Positions 53,746 through 64,000 of a stretch of DNA of 64,000 nt are shown here, one piece after another. Origin of the DNA: Heterodontus francisci (lineage: Eukaryota); NCBI RefSeq assembly GCF_036365525.1, contig NW_027140825.1, positions 930,001 to 994,000 on the forward strand. Reading direction: 5' to 3'. The translations under genes were made by a program, and so were the position numbers. The number at the start of each line of letters is the position of its first letter. The first letter of the stretch is position 1. The notes under the pieces were generated by a model, which did no database searches, was not told the origin of the DNA, and saw only the letters and a program-made list of their open reading frames with translations.

Positions 53746-55158
53746 CACAGTATTTGAGAAAACGGATCAGCAGCTGCAAAAACCTGCAGCGGATGAACGG
53801 GAGTTCAGTGCTCATCTTCAACTGGCAGGGGGCAGCAGTAGATTGAAGCTTATTGTTCATATCTATCTGTCCACCTGATTGTTTATCTCTCTGTCTCTCT
53901 ATCTATCTATCTCTCTACCTGGTTATCTATCTCTCTGTCTCTCTATCTATCTAACTCTATCTTTAGGTAATTACAGTTTGTATGAACTAATTAAACATAC
54001 TGCAGTAATGTAATGAATGACCATCTTTTCATCGATTTTCTGTATATTGACCAGTAGAAGATGTGGTTTATCATCAATTATCTATCAAAATCCTCTATGA
54101 TCTTCAATATCTGTATCACATCTACCATTAACCTTCTCTGCTCTAAGGGCAGAAACCCCCAGCTTCTCCAGTCTCTCCACAGTAACTGAAGTCCCTCATC
54201 CCTGATACCAGTCTGGTTAATCTCCCTCTAACCTTCACTACACAGAGGCGAACAACCCCCTAATGCACAGGAACTAACTCAGCCCAGAGCAATTAACAAT
54301 CTGAGCGCTGTTTCACACTGTTCAAAGTGAGACCCCTCTCCAGATAACTTCATCTCTGGGACACCTGCCTCCTGACAGCGAGTTCAGAAGCTGCTGAAAA
54401 CTCTTTACCCACTTTCATCTTAGACTCGAGTCACATTTGATGTGTTCTTCAAAGAAACTCGCAGTTCAGACCAGGGAACAATTTAACCCTTTAACCTCCA
54501 TTCAGCAAGGAGGTACGGTAGCAGAGCAGTTATGTTACTGGACTAGTAATCCAGAGGCCTGGACTAATGATCCCCAGACTTGAGTTCAATTCTCACCAGG
54601 GCAGAAATTGAATTTAAATTTAATTAAGTAAATAAATAAAATCTGTAATGGAAAGTAAGAGCAATTCTGAACATGGAGTATCGTAAAAACCTAACGTATT
54701 CATTGATGACCTTCAGGGAAGGAAATCCGCCATTCCTACCTGGTCTGGCCTATATGTGACTGCAGACCCACAGCAATGTGGTTGACTGTTAACTGCCCTC
54801 TGATATGGCCCAGCAGGTATTCCCGAAGATGGTTCACCACCACCTTCTCAGAGGCAATAAAGGATGGGCACACTCTCTGGGTATAGAGGGTAGTTTCCCT
54901 GAATTATACTCTATCAAATCCCTTTCTGAAATGTGAACACCTCTATTCAATCTCCCCCTATCCTCCTGTGTTGTATCATTCTACAACATTGCTATGCAAA
55001 GTAGTGGGGTGGAGCAGAGTGTCGCAGTAAGTGACTGCCAATCACAATGACAACCGGATGCTGGGTATTTGATTGGATACAATATAGAAACCGCCTGCAA
55101 GTGTGTTGTTGAAAACTCCACACGTTCACACATCGAGTTAGTATCGACTGAAGAAATC

Positions 55159-56222
55159 ATGTTGCATGAAGTTCTCTGTCTAATCTTGATGCCTGCCCTG
55201 TTCCCACGTAAGTCAAAGTCAGAAACAGTGTCGAATAGTGTATTGTAATGTTAGGGGTGATTCTGTCCGGAACACTCCTGTGTCTGAGTCTCACTCCAGA
55301 ACATTTGAGCTCAATGTCAAGGCTGACAAACCACGTGTCAGGACTGAGGGAGTGCTGCACTGTCGCAGAGGCAGTACTGGGGAAGTGCTGCACTGTCGCA
55401 GAGGCAGTAGTGAGGGAGTGCTGCACTGTCGCAAAGGCTGTACTGAGTGAGTTCTGCACTGTCGCAGAGGCAGTACTGAGGGAGTGCAGCACTGTCACAG
55501 AGGCAGTACTGAGGGAGTGCTGCACTGTCGCAGAGGCAGTACTGGGGAAGTGCTGCACTGTCGCAGAGGCAGTAGTGAGGGAGTGCTGCACTGTCGCAAA
55601 GGCTGTACTGAGGGTGTGCTGCACTGTCGCAGAGGCAGTACTGAGGGAGTGCAGCACTGTCACAGAGGCAGTACTGAGGGTGTGCTGCACTGTCACAGAG
55701 GCAGTACTGAGGGAGTGCAGCACTGTCACAGAGGCAGTACTTAGTGGGTGCTGCACTGTCGCAGAGGCTGTACTGAGGGAGTAACTACATTGGTTGCAAA
55801 GCCCTTTCTGATGTCCTGAGGTCCTGAATGGCGCTATATCAATGTAAGCCCTTTTTTTCTTGCAATGCAACCCCTGCTCCAATCCATTATTGACTGAAAT
55901 GATAATCTAATCGATGTTCCATCCACAGGAATACTCGCCTCCTATGTGGAACAGTCGCCCTCTATCCTATCGATTGCAGCAGGAGAGTCGACAACACTCA
56001 GATGCACGCTGACCAATACTGCCTATTCCGATATGTACTGGCACAGACAACAAGCAGACAGGGCACTGGAAGCTCTGTTCTTTTCTGCTACAGAAGGGTC
56101 TGTTACCAATTACACGTCCGAGTCATTTAAGGCAGACAGAACCAGCAATACACTGTTTACTTTGGCACTGAGAGACGCCGCTCCATCTCACACCGCTGTC
56201 TATTTCTGCGCTTGCAGTATCG
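55159..56222 (+). CDS. TRBV: V4-family V21 (leader 55159-55207, V exon 55929-56222), apparently functional
   Basis: Open frame (WHRQ variant). RSS 56223-56261. Thirteen 33-bp intron units at 55346-55774. Three 45-bp units follow the RSS. Confidence 0.88.
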
Positions 56223-57080
56223 CACAGTGTTTGAGAAAGCAGATCTGCAGCTGCAAAAACCTGCAGCGGATGAACGGGAGTTCAGTGCTCATCTTCCACC
56301 GACAGGGGGCAGCAGTAGATTGAATCTCTGTGCTCATCCTCCCCCGGCAGGGGGCAGCAGAGAATGAATCTCAGTGCTCATTTGTCGCCAGCAGGTGGCA
56401 GCAGTAGATTTGAGCCACCCTGATGGTTATGGGCCCAGTAATGAGCACAGACCAAGCTGTCGAATAGATCAGCAGCCCAGTGTGACCCAGATATTGTTGA
56501 ACCTACTTCCCTTGGGCCAGTGTTGCAGGAAATGATTGCCAGGACTCCCAGCTGACTATTTGTGAATCAACATCGGCCTGTTTTTCTTAATTCGTTCATG
56601 AGATGTGGGCCTCGCCGGCTCGGCCAGCATTTATTGCCCATTCCTAATAGCCCTTGAACTGGATGACTTGCTAGGTCATTGCAGAGGGCTTTTAAGAGTC
56701 AACCACAATGTGTGGATCTGGAGTCACAAGTAGGCCAGACCAGGTGAAGGAGGCAGATTTCCATCCCTAATGGACATCAGTGAACTAAATGGATTGCTGC
56801 AATTTCATGATCTGTATTGGTGGGATTCACTCTCACGTTACGAAAACACTAGCTGAGGCTGTGGATGAGGAGTCTAGTTAAATTAGCAACACACGAATAC
56901 ATCCTCCACAGGAGCAGATCATTTGGAATCCAGATGTCTATCATTGGGAATCTACATGTGGCTAATTTGGGAATGCCGATGAGGTTCATTTGGAATCTGG
57001 ATATGAACAGTTGGAGATTTCTAATCAATAAGTTAGGAACTGAACAACAGACACCCTTGTTGAGGATGTTAACAACACTT

Positions 57081-57233
57081 CTGTTGTTTTACTCCAATAC
57101 TGCTAACTATGTGGATCCAGAGCGGACGGTGGATGGTTTCACCGCCGAGAGACAGACTGATTCCCAGTTCAACCTGGAGTCCTCCAGCCTTCGGGAGAAT
57201 CACTCGGCCGTGTATTTCTGTGCCTGGAGTCTT
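57081..57233 (+). pseudogene. V22, truncated duplicate of V13
   Basis: A ~500-bp deletion (equivalent to 33468-33966) removed the promoter, leader and FR1-FR2. Heptamer CAGACTG 57234-57240. Confidence 0.9.
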
Positions 57234-59414
57234 CAGACTGACTCAGAGAGATGGTGCAGTTCAACAAAAACCCCAAAGGCAGCAGGAAATACCTGTTTCA
57301 GATAAAATCAGGCGGTGCTGCATCCTGTTGGGTGTTTTTATCATTGGGAACATGTTTTTCACAAGAAGACAGGCGGATTTCAATAGAAAGTAACAGGTTA
57401 GATATGGAAACACAGGAGAATTGTGAAATCGACTTCACAGGAATGATATCAGAACACAGAGGTTAAAGTTATCAAGATAGTTTGAACATCGGGGGATCTT
57501 TGCTCCAGAAAGGAGAGACTGAAGGGTAAACATTCAGCGTTCTTAGAGAGATTATTAAAGATTTTAATATGTGAAATGAAGATCAGATAAATACAGATAG
57601 ATAGAGAGATCGATAGATAGAGAGATAGATACATACGTTGTCGTTTTATGTCACTGTGTTTTTTTTCTCCAAAGGGACAGCGGAGTGCGCTGTAGAACCA
57701 TGATAAACATCAGAGTCTGGAACACACTTTAACAGTGACCTGGGAACACAAGGAGAACATTCATCACCTCGGAAACACACCGCCCTTCAAGGAGATCATG
57801 ACTGATCAATAACCTCCTGTCGCTCCCTCTCTCCATCCCTCTCTCTCCCTCTCTCCATCTCTCTCTCTCCCTCTCTCCAACAGTCTCCCTCCATTCCTCT
57901 CTCTCCCTCCCTCTCTTTCCCTCTCCCTCCATCCCTCTACCTCATTCTAGTTACCAAGCTGGTGTAAAATGAGAGAATGCCAATTAACATCCCTGTCTTT
58001 TACAGGGGCAGTGACTGTCTCTCTGTCTGGCTCGTTATTTCTCTACCTCTCTGAATTTCCCTCTATCTCTCTATTTCTCAACCTCTCTCTATATCTATCT
58101 GTCTACCTGACTGTCTCTCTATCCAGCTTGCTATTTCTCTACCTATCTGACTTTCCCTCGATCTACCTCTCTCTCTCTGTATCTACCTGTCTACCTGACT
58201 GTCTCTCTATCTATCCATCTCTCTAACTGGTTATCTATCTCTCTGTCTCTCTATCTATATATCTCTCTAACTGGTTATCTATCACTCTGTCTCTCGATCT
58301 ATCTATCTCTTACCTGGTTATCTATCTCTCTGTCTCTCTATCTATATATCTCTCTAACTGGTTATCTATCTCTCTGTCTCTCTATCTATATATCTCGCTA
58401 ACTGGTTATCTATCTCTCTGTCTCTCTATCTGTATATCTCTCTAACTGGTTATCTATCACTCTGTCTCTCTATCTATCTATCTCTATACCTGGTTACCTA
58501 TCTCTCTGTCTCTCTATCTATATATCTCTCTAACTGGTTATCTATCACTCTGTCTCTCTATCTGTATATCTTTCTAACTGGTTATCTATCACTCTGTCTC
58601 TCTATCTATCTATCTCTCTACCTGGTTATCTATCACTCTGTCTCTCTATCTGTCTAACTCTATATTTAGGTGCTTACAGTTTGTATGACCTAATTAAACA
58701 TGTTGCAGTAATGTAATGAATTACCACCTTTTCATAGATTTTCGATATATTGACCAGTTGATGATGTGGTTTGTCATCAATTATCTATCAAAATCCTCTA
58801 TGATCTTCAATATCTGTATCTCATCTACCATTAACCTTCTCTGCTCTGAGAGAAACCCTCAGCTTCTCCAGTCTCTCCACAGTAACTGAAGTCCCTCATC
58901 CCTGATACCAGTCTGGTTAATCTCTCTCTAACCTTCACTACACAGAGGCGAACAACTCCCCAATGTACAGGAACTGACTCAGCTCAGAACCCTTAACCAT
59001 CTGAGCACTGTTTCACATTGTTCACAGACGAGACCCCTCTCCAGATACATTCATCTCTGGGACACCTGCCTCCTAACAGCGAATTCAGAAGCTGCTGAAA
59101 ACTGTTTACCCACTTTCTTCTCAGACTCGAGTCACATTTAATGTGTTCTTCAAAGAAACGAGCAGTTCAGACCAGTGAACAATTTAACCCTTTAACTCCC
59201 ATTCAGCAAGGTGGTACGGTAGCAGAGCACTTATGTTACTGGACCCGTAATTCGGAGGCCTGGAATAATGATCCCCAGACATGAGTTCAATTCCCACCAG
59301 GGCAAAATGGAAATTAAATTCAATTAATTAAATAAATAAATAATTTGTCATGGAAAGTATGAGCAATCCTGAACATGGAGTGTTGGAAAAACCCAATGAT
59401 GACCTTCATGGAAC

Positions 59415-59905
59415 GAAATAGAGTCTTCGAGTTATACAGCACAGAAACAGGCCCTTCGTCCCATCGTGTCTCTGCTGGCCATCAAGCATCTAACTATTTT
59501 AATCCCATTTTCCAGCTCTTGGCCCGTAGTCTAGTATGCTATGGTGTTTCACGTGCTGATCTGAATACTTCTTAAATGTTGTGAGGGTTCCTGCCTCTAT
59601 CACCTCTTCATGCAGTCCGTTTCAGAGTTCAGCCACCCTCTGGGTGAAAACGTTTTTCCTCAAATCCCCTCTAAACCTCCTGCCCCTTACGTTAAATCTA
59701 TGTCGCCTGGTTATTGACCCCTCCACTAAAGGAAAACGTTTCTTCCTTTCTAACCTATCAATGCCCTTCATAATTTGTTCACTTCACTCAGGTCACCCCT
59801 CAGCCTTCTCTGCTCTGAGGAAAACAACCACAGACTTTTCAGTCTCTCTTCATAGCTGAAATGCTCCATCCCAGGCAACATCCTGGTGAATCTCCTCTGC
59901 ACCCA
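59415..59905 (-). mobile_element. Inverted CR1 LINE 3' fragment
   Basis: Reverse complement of CR1 3' motifs (CCACCCTCTGGGTGAAAA; ATCCCAGGCAACATCCTGGTGAATCTCCTCTGCACCC = [12 protein letters not shown]). Confidence 0.8.
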
Positions 59906-60523
59906 AAGATAGTGAACATTTACTCTTGTAACATCTCAGCTTTTCTGAAATGACCCTTCCAGCAATGCACACATCCCATCACTGAATACATTCAGATGCA
60001 ATTGGAAGTGAGCAAGCTTGATAATGATGATGGAGTGAGAATCTCTTTATGGTGATGAGGCTGCTGAGGGTGAGGCTGACACAGATACTGGCGGTCGGGA
60101 CGAGGGTGATAATGTGGCCTCAGATGCTAATGATGAGTGTGAGGATGGTGTCAGGATGAATGTGGTTATGATCAGGGGAGTACTGAAGGTATTGATGATC
60201 CCAACACACCCACCCATTTAATCACCTCTCCACCACAGAAGATAGTTTACATCACATTTCTGCAACTTTCAAAGACATGAAACAGAACTGCAGGCCCAGA
60301 AACCGATGAGCTGGGGCTCAAACATTGGTCCCTCCCCAGAAATGACGAGTCCTCGGTGAGCCCATGAGCAAAGATAGAAAGCTTGGCTCCGCCTAGGAAA
60401 ATGTTGAAGATGATGGAGAGAGAAGCTGCAAATTCCAGTCAGTGCCCAGAACTTTGAGATACTCTGCAATAAAAGTTCTCAGTCATTTCATATAAAACCA
60501 CACGGATCCTTCACCCTCCAGAG

Positions 60524-61147
60524 ATGGCTGTGTCTCAGCTCTGGGTTGTGTTGTTGGTGTTAACGGGTAAGGAGGTGCCTGAACTGTGAGGTTACAATGA
60601 TGTACATGTGTCTGCTTCTCAGTCTCTGTCTGTCTTTGTCTCTCTCCTTCTCACTCTGTATTTCTTTCTCTGTCTCTCATTCACTCTCGCTCTGCCTCTC
60701 TGCCTCCATCTGGTCCCCACCGCTCTCTCTCTCTCTCTCTCTCTGTCTGTCTGCCCACTTCTACCTCTTCTTGTTGATAACGATATAGACAGTTTCCCTG
60801 TGCTAATCTCTCTCTTTCACTCTCTCTCCCTCCCTCTCTGTTTTACAGATGTGGGGGCCGTGTTGATCCAACAGACTCCCTCTTCCATATCCCATTCCCC
60901 AGGCTCTCCAGTCAGGATCGAGTGTACTTACACTGAAGCAATAGCTAGCTCTGTTTTCTACTGGTACCGATGGCATCTGGACCGTGAGCCCGAGAACCTT
61001 TTCTATTCCTACGGTGCTGGAACGGTCACTCCCTCCGGTGAGGTGGACGGTTTCACCGCCAGGAGACCCGACAACACCCATTTTTACCTGGAGTCCTCCA
61101 GCCTGTTGGTGAATCAATCAGCCGTGTATTACTGTGTCTGGAGTCAG
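60524..61147 (+). pseudogene. V23, V1 family (leader 60524-60566, V exon 60849-61147): intact ORF, broken heptamer
   Basis: MAVSQLWVVLLVLT with donor GTAAGG. DVGAVLIQQTP...YYCVWSQ. AACAGTG 61148-61154, 23 bp, GCAAAAACT. Confidence 0.8.
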
Positions 61148-63259
61148 AACAGTGACTCAGAAAGGCGCCGGAGTTCAGCAAAAACTCTAAACATTGACAG
61201 AGCTCACTTGTGGGAGATAGACCTGTCTATCTGGGGTGTCATTCTATCACTCTGACTATCTGTCAGTTTCTATGTCTACTTTTGAATAATCTGGCTCTTT
61301 GACAGAGTTGTCTAACTAGTTCCCATTCACTGACTAGTTCTCCATTGCACTAATAAATCTTCCCTTCATCTACTTCTCCAATTGACATCTGGAAGTTACT
61401 ATTGGATGGTCTTCCACCGCCCTTTCAGTCAGTGTCCTCCACATCATAACAATTCACTGAGGAGAAAGATTCCACTCATCTCCCACTCTGGTTCCTTTCC
61501 CAATTACCTTCAATTCTTGGTCCCTGGTTTATCGACCCTCCTGACAGTAGATACGACCCTCTGGATACAGTTTCTCTATCAAGACACTTCTGACAACATC
61601 TTTCAAATCTCCCCTTACCCTCATTACTCTAATGGACACAAGTCCATACAAATTGGAAATGGTTGATCTTGGAACCTTTAATCATGTCTCTGATGATTCA
61701 TACAGTGCAAAGGCGAGAAACCTCTCCAGATCCGTCTCTGACTGGAACACCTGCCTCCAGACGGCGGCTTCAGCATCTGTTCAAAACTGTTAACCCACTT
61801 GTCTCTCAGTCTCTCGGTGTCTTTTGAAGAATTTTCACAATGACTGGAGTTCAGTGCGGTGAAGAACTTAACCCTTTAGCTCCCGTTTAGTACAAGTGGG
61901 GGAAGGGGGTGGGGGAGGTGTGGGTGGGGAATGAAACTGTCTTGGCCCTGAAACAAGGCAGCAGGTTGATGGGTCTTATTGGATCATAGAATAATGCAGG
62001 ACAAATCCAGGCCATTCAGCCCATCGATCCTGGCCTGGCTGTTCGAAAGAGCGACCTCCTCCCATCTCTCTTCATCCTACCCTATCAACAGATTCTCCTA
62101 TTCCTTTCTCACTCATGTATTTATTGAGCTCCCCCCTTAACAGTATTGTCTCTATTCGACCTCAACCCATTCCAGTTGGTCGCGAATTCCACATTCTGAC
62201 CGCTCCCTTCGTTAAAGAACCTCCTTCTGAATTCCCAATTGGATTTATTAAGGACAACCTTACATTTATGATCCCTCGTTTTCATCTTCCCTGTCCAATT
62301 ACTCCCACTCCCTGTTCTTTCTGAATATCCCTGCACTTGATCTTGCAGCTTGTCTGCCTCCTTCCCGACATTACAACAGTGACTGCACTTCAAAATGTAT
62401 TTGACTGGTTGCGGCTTGAGTGAAGCAGAGAGCTGTCTGGCCGAATGGCGCGGAAGAGTGCATTAACTTCCATCTGGTTCTATGCCACAAGCGCAAACGG
62501 GAGTCGAGTAGGATAACAAAGCCAATGACTGATACAATTTTAGAGTCTGAGACTGAAACGCCTGCAGAATCGGTGCTTGCAGTTGCACGTGAAGCCACTA
62601 GGTGCCAGTGTTACTCTAGTGTCGCCGCTGCCCAGAACATGCTCAGACAGAGTGAGCTTTACCCACAGCAGCTCTGCAGGTCAACTTGGCTGCTTCTGAA
62701 ATGTTTCACTTCTCAACTATTTCACACAAAATATTCTGGCAATGTCAAACAAATCAATGATTTGATATCAGGTAGATGATCTTTAAATCTGATCCTTTTG
62801 GGGGCATTAAGTGACATTAATATCAGTCCAACCTTGAAATAGTTGCACCCAGATGCCAGTTTGCAGATTTCCAGTTTCTATTTTACAATTACATAGTCCC
62901 AGGAGTTTATAGGAAACTAGGAGAGAGTCTGAATGTCCATCCTGACTTTAGCACAACTCCCACATCTATCGTGCCAAGTGTAAAGTAGCATTTTGCTCCC
63001 CATGCTCCCTGTTTCCAGGTGGAATAACGGGAGATCTGGTGCTCACTTCATGTGATCAAGTGAGAGACAGTTTTCAGAACAGAAGGCTTCACACTGACAT
63101 GTTGTGATATCCTCACCCCGCCGGTCGAGGGGCTGTATTAATCAGGTCTGTTCATTGAGGAGGTGAAACTCAGTATGTTGAGGTTTTCAGAGCGGGTTTG
63201 CTTTTGCAGAACATTGCAAAACATTAAATTAACACAGAAGCTGGAGAGAGTTCACCTTC

Positions 63260-63860
63260 TTAGGCAGTTCCCCGGGGTTGAGGATGACTTGCTTCCACTC
63301 CGGTTCAATGGGTTCTGAGATGGCTGATGAGTCCAGTGTATGATCTGCAGACTCTGGCACATGAGGGGCAGGTGGTGCTTGTAGGATCAGGTAGGTGATT
63401 AGTTTGCAGGTTTGTGCGCTCCCTCCGATGCCTCGGCCTTACCTCTGCATGTTCCTTAAGTTCCTCGAGGTGTCCAATGCCTTCCCGTTTGTCCTTTCTC
63501 CATCTGGGCTTGGTCAGGAGCCAGGGTCTCCAAGGAGTCGACGTGGATGTTTCATCTCTCCAGGGATGTTGTGAGGACATCTCTGAAGCATTCCCGCTGT
63601 CCTCCTGGGGGTCTCCTGCAACGACCAAGTTCTGAGTAGATCAGTTGCTATGAGGAGTCTGGTGGCAGGAATGTGAATGACATGTCCCAGCCAGTGGAGC
63701 TGGTGTGGGGTGTTTCGCGCCCTGACACTAGACAGGTTGGTTTGGGAGAGGACGATGCTGTTGGACTATCTGTCTTGCCACTGGATTTGGAGCATAATGC
63801 GGAGGCACCTCTGGTGCTACTTCTCCTGTGCTTCGAGGTGTCTACTGTCGGTTCTCCAAG
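63260..63860 (-). mobile_element. Degenerate non-LTR retrotransposon 3' end (RTE-like)
   Basis: Minus-strand peptide ends TCPSCARVCRSYTGLISHLRTH, a C2H2-like C-terminus of RTE-type ORFs. Confidence 0.6.
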
Positions 63861-64000
63861 GTAAGGTCAATGTGGAGGTGTATTTGTGAGCAGTGACTGA
63901 TGGGACAAAGCAGTTCAGAGTTATCCACTGTCTGGACAAAGAATCACACACAGACTGACCTCAAACTCACGTAATTTTACCAAGGAGTCAAAGAGCAGGG

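Larger units (their letters stand above)
39766..58660 (+). repeat. Tandem segmental duplication, block B
   Basis: Starts AACAGACACTCTTGTTGGGGATG, matching 16044. Same gene order as block A. Confidence 0.9.

Noticed and set aside
55157-55882. Cys/Thr-rich ORFs and heptamer-like CACTGTC/CACAGAG in the 33-bp repeat
   Set aside because: Minisatellite translations. No nonamer was seen at a 12 or 23 spacing.
56865-57305. 146-aa ORF with a novel N-terminus fused to a V C-terminal half
   Set aside because: Chance in-frame deletion junction. No signal peptide, no first Cys or Trp41, and a broken heptamer.
60010-60200. GAT/GAG-rich stretch resembling an acidic coding exon
   Set aside because: Low complexity, with no convincing frame or splice context.
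1-64000. D, J or C segments, or IgH/IgNAR identity
   Set aside because: No FGxG/WGxG J with a 5' RSS, no D flanked by two RSSs and no C exon was recognised. The many-V translocon layout and CAWS/CAAS ends fit TCR beta rather than shark Ig clusters.

Overview
Eukaryotic (vertebrate) DNA, most likely from a cartilaginous fish, inferred from the CR1/SINE/minisatellite repeat content. The window is part of a germline antigen-receptor V-gene cluster, best read as T-cell receptor beta (TRBV). It holds 24 V segments or relics, all on the + strand. Most have a leader exon, a phase-1 intron, a V exon (Cys...WYRQ...YFC) and a 3' RSS with a 23-bp spacer. No D, J or C segments are visible. Five V families are present: DVGAVL.../CAWS (2 copies), VIHQWP/CAAS, VIHQWP/CAAG, SYVEQSP/CxCS (5 copies), and a large TRBV30-like NSQTIHQ.../CAW family (15 copies). 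About 11 look rearrangeable and intact. The rest carry stops, broken splice donors, broken heptamers, shortened spacers or deletions. A ~19.6-kb block of 9 V genes plus a CR1 LINE is tandemly duplicated (~16044-35697 and ~39766-58660), with a 4-kb C-rich satellite exactly at the junction. The most striking observation is a 31-copy, 45-bp tandem array starting 22 bp after one V RSS. Every unit carries a co-oriented CTCF-consensus motif, and paralogous V genes carry 1-4 copies of the same unit. Further conserved CTCF-like motifs flank other V families. CTCF binding is inferred from motif match only.
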